Part shown: positions 51,646-60,611 of the stretch, one piece after another
How the letters are laid out: every line of letters begins with the position of its first letter
Position numbering within the stretch: position 1 is the stretch's first letter
Source of the DNA: Acidimicrobiaceae bacterium
GTDB taxonomy: Bacteria; Actinomycetota; Acidimicrobiia; Acidimicrobiales; Aldehydirespiratoraceae
Direction of reading: 5' to 3'
Length of the DNA: 64,000 bases
Assembly: GCA_009845995.1 (NCBI GenBank)
Contig: VXYK01000004.1
Location: 9,705-73,704, forward strand
Program-made: the position numbers and the translations under genes
Notes under the pieces: generated by a model
Databases searched by the model: none
What the model saw: the letters and a program-made list of their open reading frames with translations, nothing else
What the model was told of the DNA's origin: nothing

Positions 51646-52151
51646 GAATCAGCCCAGCATGGTTGGCTCAACAACGCCAGTTCGTCGAGGCGGCCACGAC
51701 GCACCACCTGATCTTGACGGCTCGCGCTGTCGACATCGAAACCCTCCGGGAGCAGGTCCGCGGCGAGGTCGCCCAGCGGTACCAGCACGAAGCTCCGTTC
51801 GAACATACGCGGGTGAGGGACGACAAGGTCAGGTTCAGACAGCGTCTCGCCGTCCACCCAAAGCACATCGACATCGAGAGTGCGGGCACCCCAACGGACT
51901 TCACGTACCCGCTGAGCAGCACTTTCAAGGCTCTGGCAAACGCCGAGCAACTCCCGCGCACCTAGGCGGGTGCTCAATTCCACCACGAGGTTCAGATACG
52001 GACCCTGTTCAGGACCGCCAACCGGTGCGGTTTCGTACACGTCGGACACTCCGACCAGATCTGGAACCGCCGCCACGCCGTCACGCAGGTAGCCAACCCG
52101 ATCGCCAAGATTCGAACCAAACCCCAGAAACGCTCTGTGATGTTCGGTCAT
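51642..52151 (-). CDS. folK: 2-amino-4-hydroxy-6-hydroxymethyldihydropteridine diphosphokinase
   Basis: GSNLGDR, YETAPVG, WGARTLDVD, PHPRMFERSFVLVP. Confidence 0.96.
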   Translation of the reverse strand: MTEHHRAFLGFGSNLGDRVGYLRDGVAAVPDLVGVSDVYETAPVGGPEQGPYLNLVVELSTRLGARELLGVCQSLESAAQRVREVRWGARTLDVDVLWVDGETLSEPDLVVPHPRMFERSFVLVPLGDLAADLLPEGFDVDSASRQDQVVRRGRLDELALLSQPCWADS

Positions 52152-52510
52152 AGCTGTCGAACAATCCGGACACCACTCGAATCGAGGAACTGGGTGACCG
52201 GTGGACGCAGTTTTCTCACCTCGACCGTGACCTCAAGGATCCGTTCATCGGCAAGCACTGCCTCGGCGACCCGTTGTGCCATACGTTCGAACAGCTGGAA
52301 GGATTCATTGACCGTGACCTCTTCGATTCGGGCGAGGATGCTGCCGTAGTCGATCGTGTCGGCGAGATCATCGGTGGTCGTCGCCGCCAGGTCCGCCACA
52401 ACGTCGATATCGAACTCGTAGGGTTGCCGCCGACCCTGTTCTGAAGGCAGAGCGCCGCAGATGCACGCGAGACGCAGTCCGCGCAGCAGGATGACGTCAG
52501 GATCAGACAT
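52148..52510 (-). CDS. folB: Dihydroneopterin aldolase
   Basis: DVILLRGL, CGALPSEQ..RQPYEFD, DDLADTIDY, LFE, VRKLRPP. Confidence 0.92.
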   Translation of the reverse strand: MSDPDVILLRGLRLACICGALPSEQGRRQPYEFDIDVVADLAATTTDDLADTIDYGSILARIEEVTVNESFQLFERMAQRVAEAVLADERILEVTVEVRKLRPPVTQFLDSSGVRIVRQL

Positions 52511-53123
52511 CGGACTCACTACTGTCAGAGTCGATTTCTTCAGACTCACCATTGTTAGCGTCCCCCTCATCGGACTCATCGACAATGTTCACGAAAGCGC
52601 CGGTTGGGACATCGTCTTGCAGATCGCATCTTTCCAACATCGCCACCATCTCGCGACCGGCTGAAGTCAGCTCACGCTCGAAAAGCTGTTCCGTGACCAT
52701 GATCGCCCGCGGACCGTCCGGTACCAGACCCATCCACAGGAGGTAAGCGGCCATCAAGCCCGTGATCGTTTCGCCCAACTCCTCGCGGTGAATAATGATT
52801 TTGTGCCCAGCTCGGACGTGGTCACGGATTGCTGCCATGGCTCGGGTCAGACCCAAAGGCCCGTCGCTCAAACCGGCATACGGCACATGGTGGTACGGCA
52901 AGCCGAGCTCTTCGTAGTTGTGAAGGTTGTGCTTGGAACCGATCAGCGACACAACGAAGTGAAACCCCTGCTCACGCAACCAAATGATCTCCTCCAGGCG
53001 GCGCACCTTGCGATGGTCGAAGCCGTAACCACCGGGGCGCTCACAAACAGCTATCTGATCCTTGAGAACCCAGCGAAAATGTCTCGGTTTAATGCCCTGT
53101 GCCCAGCGGCCCCTCATTGCCAT
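52503..53123 (-). CDS. Protein-tyrosine/dual-specificity phosphatase-like protein lacking the CX5R motif
   Basis: F.WV....AVCERPGG, WLREQGF..VVSL, Y...GL.Y.HVP, then IIIHREELGETITGLMAAYL where HCxxGxxR is expected. Confidence 0.65.
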   Translation of the reverse strand: MAMRGRWAQGIKPRHFRWVLKDQIAVCERPGGYGFDHRKVRRLEEIIWLREQGFHFVVSLIGSKHNLHNYEELGLPYHHVPYAGLSDGPLGLTRAMAAIRDHVRAGHKIIIHREELGETITGLMAAYLLWMGLVPDGPRAIMVTEQLFERELTSAGREMVAMLERCDLQDDVPTGAFVNIVDESDEGDANNGESEEIDSDSSESDV

Positions 53124-53144
53124 CCATCCACACCCTTTATGCTT

Positions 53145-53951
53145 TCACCCTTCATGCTTCAACAGGCTCAAGGCGTGGACCGTAGCCCTGACGTCATGCA
53201 CTCGGATCATGTCAACTCCAAGATACGCGCTCCACACCGCAATCCCCACGGAGCCTTCGAGCCGATCATCGGATCCTGTCATCGGATTCTCACCTGCGAG
53301 ACCATCGGCCAAAAGCCTGTCTGACTGTGCATGCACCTGTCCGATAACGCTTTTGCGGCTCGCACCGACAAGGACAGGCGCGATCTGTGCAAAACGATCG
53401 ATGTTGGCCAACAGTTCCAGGTTGTGTTGCTTCGTCTTGCCAAAACCGATTCCAGGATCAACCCAAATGCGTTCTACTCCGGCCGCGCGGCCGCGCCGCA
53501 CAGCATCAGCCAAGAAATCGGCGATGTCTTCCACTACATCGTCATAGCGGGGGTCGTCTTGCATGGTTGCGCTGTCACTGAGCGCGTGCATGGCGATCCA
53601 ACCTGCACCAGTTGAAGCCGCGACGTTCTCAAGCGATGCAGACACATCGTTGATGATCGTGGCGCCCGCATCCACGGCGGCTCTCGCCACTCCGGCTTTG
53701 GTCGTGTCGATGGAAACCTCAACGCCCTTCGAGACCAATGCCGAAACGACAGGAATGGTTCGTTCGAGTTCGGTGGCCTCATCCACCGGGTGCGACCCGG
53801 GTCTTGTGCTCTCACCGCCGATGTCGATGATGTCGGCACCTTGTTCGATCAACGATTCGGCGTGGGCAATGGCCGAGTCGCTTTCGAGCCATAGGCCGCC
53901 GTCCGAAAACGAATCCGGCGTGACGTTGACGATACCCATGACCCGGGTCAT
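53145..53951 (-). CDS. folP: Dihydropteroate synthase
   Basis: MGIVNVTPDSFSDGG, DIGGESTRPG, SIDT, DPGIGFGK, GASRKS, RVHDV. Confidence 0.97.
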   Translation of the reverse strand: MTRVMGIVNVTPDSFSDGGLWLESDSAIAHAESLIEQGADIIDIGGESTRPGSHPVDEATELERTIPVVSALVSKGVEVSIDTTKAGVARAAVDAGATIINDVSASLENVAASTGAGWIAMHALSDSATMQDDPRYDDVVEDIADFLADAVRRGRAAGVERIWVDPGIGFGKTKQHNLELLANIDRFAQIAPVLVGASRKSVIGQVHAQSDRLLADGLAGENPMTGSDDRLEGSVGIAVWSAYLGVDMIRVHDVRATVHALSLLKHEG

Positions 53952-53955
53952 GTCT

Positions 53956-54573
53956 TCACCGATCAAGAAAACGCATGGCCTCGGCGCGGGTGGCGACGTT
54001 CTCGCGAAATATTCCGGTCACGCTCGACGTGACCGTCGTCGTCCCCGGCTTGCGCACACCCCTCATCGACATACAGAGATGTTCCGCTTCGATCACCACC
54101 AGCACTCCGCGGGGTTGCAGTGACCCTTCGATCGCTTCAGCAATCTGGGTGGTCAGCCGCTCCTGCACCTGCGGGCGTTTGGCGTAGCCGTCAACTAGGC
54201 GTGCCAATTTGGACAACCCGGTGACCTGACCAGACCCACTCGGGATATAAGCCACATGAGCAGTTCCCAAAAATGGAATGAGATGATGCTCACACAGCGA
54301 GTAGAGCGGAATATCGCGAACCATGACCATCTCGTCGTGGCCCACCTCGAAGGTTGTTTTGAGGTACGTGACCGGATCTTCGTGAAGCCCCGCGCACACT
54401 TCTGCATACATTCGGGCGACCCGATTGGGAGTTTCGAGCAGGCCCTCTCGGTTCGGATCTTCACCGATCGCGGCCAGTATTTCCCGAACCGCGGCCGCAA
54501 TCCGCGGCTGATCGATTTGAGGTGCCTGCAAACCGTTGACCAGTGGCTGGGAGTAGTCGTCGGGTGAGTTCAC
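53956..54573 (-). CDS. folE: GTP cyclohydrolase I
   Basis: [42 protein letters not shown]. Confidence 0.97.
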   Translation of the reverse strand: MNSPDDYSQPLVNGLQAPQIDQPRIAAAVREILAAIGEDPNREGLLETPNRVARMYAEVCAGLHEDPVTYLKTTFEVGHDEMVMVRDIPLYSLCEHHLIPFLGTAHVAYIPSGSGQVTGLSKLARLVDGYAKRPQVQERLTTQIAEAIEGSLQPRGVLVVIEAEHLCMSMRGVRKPGTTTVTSSVTGIFRENVATRAEAMRFLDR

Positions 54574-55121
54574 GGTGGCAAGCTAGCTGAGTTTGCGGGC
54601 TCAAAGACACTAATCGAGCTCAGTTCGCGATAATGCTCGGCGACATCAAGCCCGTACCCGACTACGAAGTCATCTGGAATCGAGAACCCGACATAGGCAA
54701 TATCGTCGGTTCTGGCACCGGCACGGACGAGTAGGGCACAGACCTCGAGGCTCGCTGGTTTCCGCTCTGCCAGAAGCCGCAGAAGGTAGCGCAGGGTCGA
54801 TCCAGAATCGACGATGTCTTCAACCAGCAGAACATCCCGACCTGCGATGTCTACGTCGAGGTCCTTCACGATCCTCACCACACCGCTCGATTTCGTAGAC
54901 ACGCCGTACGAGGAAACTGCCATGAAGTCCATCTCGACCGGCAGTCGGATCTCGCGGGCAAGGTCGCTCATGAAAACGAACGCGCCCTTCAGGACCCCGA
55001 CGAGCAAAGGACTGCGCCCCGCGTAGTCCTCAGTGATTTGTGCTCCCAGTTCTCGCACGCGCGTTGCAAGTTCCGCTGAGCCAACCAAAACTCGACCGAT
55101 GTTCCCCTCCGGAACCGTCAT
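54570..55121 (-). CDS. hpt: Hypoxanthine phosphoribosyltransferase
   Basis: [39 protein letters not shown]. Confidence 0.96.
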   Translation of the reverse strand: MTVPEGNIGRVLVGSAELATRVRELGAQITEDYAGRSPLLVGVLKGAFVFMSDLAREIRLPVEMDFMAVSSYGVSTKSSGVVRIVKDLDVDIAGRDVLLVEDIVDSGSTLRYLLRLLAERKPASLEVCALLVRAGARTDDIAYVGFSIPDDFVVGYGLDVAEHYRELSSISVFEPANSASLPP

Positions 55122-55178
55122 CGCCTCAAACCCTACAAGCACTCACCGTGGCTACGCTCAGGCGGGAACAGCGCCGTG

Positions 55179-56054
55179 TCACCTCCCTGGTGGGGGCTCT
55201 GTACGCAAACGGCCGGCGGTGCGGGCAACTCTAAAGCCGCCTTCGACTTCGGTGGCTCGCGCTGTTCCGTCCACTACATCCATGACCCGACTGATCGAAG
55301 CCGCGTCAACTGCCAGACGGTTGCCCGTCTCAGCCATCAACCACTGCCGCAGCGCTTCTGAGGCCACCGCGCGGGGAGCGGCTCGCAACGCTGCAGTGTC
55401 GGTTGCGTCGAGCGCGGCAGCGGCATCTTGAATGACAATGAGCGCGTCCGCGACAAGATCGGCATGGCGATTCAGCAAAGGAACCGGGTCGCGTCCCAAG
55501 GCATCAGCGGCGGCCGGCATCAGCTGATTGCGCACCACCACGCGAGCGAAGCGGGGATCGTCGTTCATCGGGTCGTCGACTACCGAAACGCCGGCGAACT
55601 CGCACAAAGCGCGGGTCTCTGCGCGACGCAGACCGATAATCGGGCGACGCACACGAGAAAACGGCGTGGCCATGCCGGCCAAACCCGCGCCGCGCAACAA
55701 ATTGAGCAATACCGTCTCGGCACGGTCATCGGCTGTGTGTGCCACACACACATCAGCAGGCAACGCGGCGTAGCGAGCCTCTCGTGCGGTTGCCTCGAGG
55801 TCCGGTCCGTCGGTCAACTCGAGTCGTCGAAGCTCAAAGGGCATGCCGAGAGAGGCCGCCAACTTCTCGACCGACTCGGCCTCCGCGTCAGAAGCGTCCC
55901 GAAGGCCGTGATGCACATGCCAGACGGTGAACGACCTACCAGCCTCGGCCGCCAACAGAGCCATGGCCGTGCTGTCGGCCCCTCCACTTACGCCGAGTGC
56001 AAGTTCGTTGTCATCACCGAAATTACAGCGAGCCAACAGCTCAGCGGTGTCCAT
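55179..56054 (-). CDS. tilS: tRNA(Ile)-lysidine synthetase
   Basis: SGGADS PP-loop, HHGLR, AREARY, AHTADDRAETVL, DDPMN. Confidence 0.94.
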   Translation of the reverse strand: MDTAELLARCNFGDDNELALGVSGGADSTAMALLAAEAGRSFTVWHVHHGLRDASDAEAESVEKLAASLGMPFELRRLELTDGPDLEATAREARYAALPADVCVAHTADDRAETVLLNLLRGAGLAGMATPFSRVRRPIIGLRRAETRALCEFAGVSVVDDPMNDDPRFARVVVRNQLMPAAADALGRDPVPLLNRHADLVADALIVIQDAAAALDATDTAALRAAPRAVASEALRQWLMAETGNRLAVDAASISRVMDVVDGTARATEVEGGFRVARTAGRLRTEPPPGR

Positions 56055-56057
56055 CGC

Positions 56058-57131
56058 TCAAGCCGCAACGTCCGCCGCAGAAACCCGAGCGATCCACAGT
56101 TCCGGTTGCCGAATCTCTTTGATTGAGGGGACATTGGCCGGCTCGGCCCAAGCCCTGTCGAGCAGTTCGGCTCCGCCGTGATCCTCCACCACCGCGATGA
56201 AGTGCTCGCCTTCGGCGTACTGTTTCATTTTCGCTTCAAGCCCTGAGAGTTTCTGAAAAACCTTGGTGAAGCCGCGAACGTTCTGGCGGCGGTTGCGAAG
56301 TACACGAGCGAAGCGAGGCGCCGAAGGCACCAAGCCCAGACCCGCTCGATCCATGGTGACGTCGCCGTGGCCCTCGAGGAGGCTCATAAGGCCCGCAACT
56401 TCGTTGATGACAACAAGTTGCTGTTCCGAGGCGAACAGACCCATGACCCCACCCTGACCCATGATGTCCTCCCCGCGTCGACGGGCTTCGATCAGCCGGG
56501 AGACCGCTTCGATGACCCGCTTCGGATCGGGATCAAGTCCATCCATCGTCGACTCGACAAGCCCCAAGAAATGCTGCCGCATCCAAGGCACACCCGTGAA
56601 CTGCGCCCTATGGGTGACTTCATGCAGCGCCAGCCACAACCGGAACTCCTGGGGCGGGAAGGCATAGCGACGTTCAAGGGCCAGCACGTTAGGTGCCACG
56701 TAATAGACGATGTCCTGCTCTTCAGGTTTCTCGTCCTCGATGACCAGCAGGTCGTACTGGCCGAGCACCCGCTTGGACATCCAGCCGAGCATCGCGCCCA
56801 GTTCCGCGCCAGCGATCTTGCCCCCCAACCCCCGCATCGCGCCGTCGTCGATCTGGTCGCCGAGCTTGGTGACAATCGGTCGCAGAAGCCGTTGAAACGA
56901 TGCGAGGTTGGCGTCGATCCAACCTTTGCGATCCGTTACCCGACCACGGGCACTGCCGCTGAGCGAACGCAGGCCTGTGCACTGCGCAACGAGTTCCTCG
57001 GCTTGCGCCGTGTATCGGTCGAAGTCCTCCTCAAGGCCGTTGCGATAGTAGGACGCCTGGTAAGGATCGCGGCCCGCCGTCCTGTATGCGACATTCTTGG
57101 CGATGCCCCAATCGACAGGATCCTTCGACAC
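56058..57131 (-). CDS. Zinc-dependent metalloprotease (Zincin_2/DUF2342 family)
   Basis: VLGQYD, LWLALHEVTHRAQF, MSLLEGH, K..QY..G..F, P..WIAR. Confidence 0.88.
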   Translation of the reverse strand: MSKDPVDWGIAKNVAYRTAGRDPYQASYYRNGLEEDFDRYTAQAEELVAQCTGLRSLSGSARGRVTDRKGWIDANLASFQRLLRPIVTKLGDQIDDGAMRGLGGKIAGAELGAMLGWMSKRVLGQYDLLVIEDEKPEEQDIVYYVAPNVLALERRYAFPPQEFRLWLALHEVTHRAQFTGVPWMRQHFLGLVESTMDGLDPDPKRVIEAVSRLIEARRRGEDIMGQGGVMGLFASEQQLVVINEVAGLMSLLEGHGDVTMDRAGLGLVPSAPRFARVLRNRRQNVRGFTKVFQKLSGLEAKMKQYAEGEHFIAVVEDHGGAELLDRAWAEPANVPSIKEIRQPELWIARVSAADVAA

Positions 57132-57144
57132 TCAGCAGTCCGGT

Positions 57145-57273
57145 TCAGTCTCGGGGGTAACGGGTCGAGGTGACCTTGTTGAGGTAACCCACAACCGTCG
57201 CAATTACGGCCACGACGGCCCCGAAAGCAAGAGGAACTGCGATCCAGAAGTGCCAAACAACTGCGAGGGTCAT
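57145..57273 (-). CDS. Small single-TM protein (42 aa; below the ORF-track cutoff)
   Basis: Manual translation MTLAVVWHFWIAVPLAFGAVVAVIATVVGYLNKVTSTRYPRD*; fills the gap between the tRNA and the zincin gene, same strand. Confidence 0.65.
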   Translation of the reverse strand: MTLAVVWHFWIAVPLAFGAVVAVIATVVGYLNKVTSTRYPRD

Positions 57274-57317
57274 GTCCGCCAGTGTAAGGCCAAAGCGCGT
57301 GCGCTGGTTGGAAAACG

Positions 57318-57390
57318 AGCCCGAGAGGAGATTTGAACTCCTGACCTACGCTTTACGAGAGCGTTGCTCTACCGACTGAGCTACTCGGGC
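57318..57390 (-). tRNA. tRNA-Thr(CGT)
   Basis: Reverse complement GCCCGAGTAGCTCAGTCGGTAGAGCAACGCT-CTCGTAA-AGCGTAGGTCAGGAGTTCAAATCTCCTCTCGGGCT; CCA not encoded. Confidence 0.96.
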
Positions 57391-57452
57391 AAGACTCCGA
57401 AAGGTACCAATCTACCGCAGCGGATCCACGGCGTTATCGGCCAAAAGATCGG

Positions 57453-58520
57453 TTAGTCGAGCGGTGACAGTTTCAGCAGCAGTGCTTGCAACAGCAGTGC
57501 CTCGTTGGGGTTGCGGATCAGCGCATCGGTGCTGTGGTTGAGGTGGTTGACCGCCTCGAGTGCAACATCGCCACCCAACTCAGCCACGACCATCTCGCGG
57601 TAGCGGGCCGCGAGCGTGGCGAATCCGAACCGGAGTTCTTCGGTGCGGAACTGACGAAGCTCGCGCCGCTGTCGAGTCTCAAGCGTGCGTCTGCCGGAAC
57701 CGCGAGTCCCCAGCTGTTCTTCGCGCTGGTTCAACTCTTCGAGCTCTCGTTGATGCTGAGCGACTTTGACAGCCGAGGCATCGTCAATCAAACCTCTGAG
57801 TTCCTCCACAACTTCTGCCACCGCGGCGCCGCTGCCATTGAGACGGTCAGGGATTGACCACCAGGCATCGCGTCGGAAGGCCAGTCGTTCATCAAGCACC
57901 AGCAAACGGGCCCGCTCCACGCTGCCGTTGGCGGCTGCCGCCACCAACTGCGCTCCCTCAGTGTTGATCAGTTCTTCCGACACGAGAACTTCGGCGATGG
58001 CCTCGGCGCTGACAGCCAGAAAATCGACCCGCAAGCAGCGAGACTCGATCGTTGCTTGATGAGGCGGCACGTCACTGGCCAACAGCACGAAGATCGTGGT
58101 TTCCGGCGGTTCTTCCACGAGTTTCAGCAGCGCGGAAGACGCAGGGGCGTCAGCGGACTGAAAGTCCTCGACGATCACCACCTTGCGGGTGCCCTCTGTG
58201 GGTGAACGGGTTGCCTCGCTGATGATTGCCGGGATCTCACCCGGGTCGCTGCGCGAGCCGAGGCGCAGATTGTTGCCCGACGGCGCGAAGACGACGATGT
58301 CGGCATGGGTCAGTTGCTGTGCCAAACGTCGGTGACGGCTCGCTTTGTCGGGGTCGGTGTCGGCCAACAACTCGCCGGCGAAGATCTGGGCAGCCTGGCG
58401 TTTCCCGACTCCTCTGGGCCCGACGAACAGATAGGCGTGAACCGGTGACGACACGGCTGCTGAGAGACGGCGCGCGGCCTCCGGCTGGCCGACCAGCGAC
58501 TCCCACGCCTCAGAAGTCAT
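57453..58520 (-). CDS. holB: DNA polymerase III subunit delta'
   Basis: LVGQ, HAYLFVGPRGVGK, HAD, ALLKLVEEPP, TIESRC; follows tmk. Confidence 0.88.
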   Translation of the reverse strand: MTSEAWESLVGQPEAARRLSAAVSSPVHAYLFVGPRGVGKRQAAQIFAGELLADTDPDKASRHRRLAQQLTHADIVVFAPSGNNLRLGSRSDPGEIPAIISEATRSPTEGTRKVVIVEDFQSADAPASSALLKLVEEPPETTIFVLLASDVPPHQATIESRCLRVDFLAVSAEAIAEVLVSEELINTEGAQLVAAAANGSVERARLLVLDERLAFRRDAWWSIPDRLNGSGAAVAEVVEELRGLIDDASAVKVAQHQRELEELNQREEQLGTRGSGRRTLETRQRRELRQFRTEELRFGFATLAARYREMVVAELGGDVALEAVNHLNHSTDALIRNPNEALLLQALLLKLSPLD

Positions 58521-59125
58521 GAGTTCGCCACGAGCCAATCATCGACCTCCGTTTCGATATGAGCTGCGACTTCATCGACGCTGCCATTGGCGTCGACAAC
58601 GGCCCAGGAGTCGGGGTTTTGCGCGGCGAGTTCGAGGTAGCCGTCTCGGACCCGTTGATAGAACTCCGTCCCAGCACGCTCGATCCGGTCCCGCTGGTCG
58701 CCGAGTCGTTCCAGCGCGGTCGCAACATCGAAATCGAGCAGGACGGTCAGATCCGGTTCCAAACCCTGCGTGGCGAAATGCATCATCGCGTCGAGCAGTT
58801 GCAGGTCGAGTCCGCGTCCATAACCCTGATACGCCAGAGTCGACGCACGGTAACGGTCGGAGATGACGGTGCGCCCGTCAGCGAGCGCTGGTCGCACGAT
58901 CTCGCTCACATGTTGTGCCTTGTCCGCGATGATCAGCAGGGCTTCGGTTCGATCGTCAAGACGCTCATTGTCTGGATCCAGAAGAATCGAACGAATGGCG
59001 CTGCCCACGTCGGTGGCGCCGAACTGAAAAGTGGCATCGAAATCGTGACGCTGGGCGAGCCTGCGAACCTGCGTTGACTTCCCTGAACCGTCAATTCCTT
59101 CAAACACAATCAAGCGCCCGGTCAC
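58517..59125 (-). CDS. tmk: Thymidylate kinase
   Basis: FEGIDGSGKSTQ, ISDRY..STLAYQGYGRG, PDLT, DRIE. Confidence 0.96.
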   Translation of the reverse strand: MTGRLIVFEGIDGSGKSTQVRRLAQRHDFDATFQFGATDVGSAIRSILLDPDNERLDDRTEALLIIADKAQHVSEIVRPALADGRTVISDRYRASTLAYQGYGRGLDLQLLDAMMHFATQGLEPDLTVLLDFDVATALERLGDQRDRIERAGTEFYQRVRDGYLELAAQNPDSWAVVDANGSVDEVAAHIETEVDDWLVANS

Positions 59126-60567
59126 CGGTCATCCTCCGTGGACTCTTCGATGGACTCCGAGCCGGCGGACTTGCCATTGGTAGCGCGGAGGCTCCAGGTC
59201 GCCAGCACTCCCGCAGCCAGGACCGTGATCGCTGATATCCACATAGTCAGTCGAACGCCGGGTACTGCGATGGTCACGCCGAAGAAGTCCCAAGAGGAGT
59301 CCCACCAACGATCAGAAAGCACATCGAAGGCTTCTGCCAGCAAGGGCGCGATTGCGAGTGCCAACAACAGGCAGAAGCGGACCAGCACCAAGAGCGCGGC
59401 GAAGATACGCCCCCGCAACTCGTCTTCGACATGTTCATGCAGCATCGTGAAGCCCAAGACGTAGATCGGTCCTGCTGCAAAACCCGCGATCCCGATTACC
59501 GGCACCACAATTCCGAGCAGGGAGGAAGAGCCCGAGACCAACAGGGCGCTCCCCGCCATTAACAGAGCCAACGGAAAGACCTTTGAGCGGTTGATGCGGT
59601 TCTGCAGCGCGGAGGCCGTTATCACACCGAGCGCCATGCCCAAACCGAGAGCAAAAAGTATGAGGTCGAAATCTGCTTCGTCGCCGGAGATGACATCGTT
59701 GACGAACAGTGCGCCGAGCGGCACCAGCATGCCCCCGCCGATCACCCCGACCGCCAGACCTACGTTGACTGCCCGCACGATGGGATTCACAGCAATGAAC
59801 TGCCAACCCTCGCGCAACTCGCGCACTGCGCCGCCCAGCTCCCAGTTGGTTTTCCCTTGCGATTTCCTTTCTTCTCGGCTGCGCCGCGGGAAGGCGATGG
59901 TCCAGACAATCAACGCGGTGGCCAAGAACGAGAGCCCGTCGACATAAAAGGCCAGCCCCTCTTGATTCAGCCTAAAAGTGTTGACCCAGCCTTCGTCGCT
60001 GAACGACTCGGCGAGTTTGGCCAGCAGGGCGGCAATCCCGGCAGCAACAGGGAACATGCCGTAAGCGGCCGCTACGTTCAGGGAGTTCGCAGTTGTGAGC
60101 TTCTCTTTCGGAACGATGTTGGGGACCACCGCCTCTTTGGCCGGCGACCACATCATCGTGCAGATCTCCAACGCGAACGAGGCAACAATAAGGCCCACCA
60201 GGCTGTCAACGAACGGCAGCGAAAACAGCACCAACGCCCGAGAGATGTCACAGACCAGCATCACCCGTTTTCGGTCGAGCCGGTCCACAAGCACCCCCGC
60301 CGCGGTGGCCAGAAAAAACCCGGGTGCGATGCGGGCCGCGAGGACCAGAGCGATGGCCGTCCCCTCAGACCCGTCGCTGAGTCGATCGGCCAACGAGATA
60401 ATGGCAATCAAGCCCAGCCAGTCACCGGTTGCGGAGATGACCTGCGCGATCCAAAGCCTGAAGAACTCCTTCGAGCCGAACATCGCCTCGATGCGGCCCA
60501 TTGGACGGGCCGCCGTCAAAGCCTCCCCCAATCGGGTGGCGCTGCTTGATTGGCGATGCTGGTCCAC
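59122..60567 (-). CDS. MFS transporter (tmk-associated type)
   Basis: FFRLWIAQVISATGDW, GVLVDRLDRKRVM, about 12 TM helices, LRGRIF; GTGA overlap with tmk. Confidence 0.9.
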   Translation of the reverse strand: MDQHRQSSSATRLGEALTAARPMGRIEAMFGSKEFFRLWIAQVISATGDWLGLIAIISLADRLSDGSEGTAIALVLAARIAPGFFLATAAGVLVDRLDRKRVMLVCDISRALVLFSLPFVDSLVGLIVASFALEICTMMWSPAKEAVVPNIVPKEKLTTANSLNVAAAYGMFPVAAGIAALLAKLAESFSDEGWVNTFRLNQEGLAFYVDGLSFLATALIVWTIAFPRRSREERKSQGKTNWELGGAVRELREGWQFIAVNPIVRAVNVGLAVGVIGGGMLVPLGALFVNDVISGDEADFDLILFALGLGMALGVITASALQNRINRSKVFPLALLMAGSALLVSGSSSLLGIVVPVIGIAGFAAGPIYVLGFTMLHEHVEDELRGRIFAALLVLVRFCLLLALAIAPLLAEAFDVLSDRWWDSSWDFFGVTIAVPGVRLTMWISAITVLAAGVLATWSLRATNGKSAGSESIEESTEDDR

Positions 60568-60611
60568 GGCGCGAGACTAGACGGTGATCAAGCCCTGTCG
60601 AACCGAGATCT

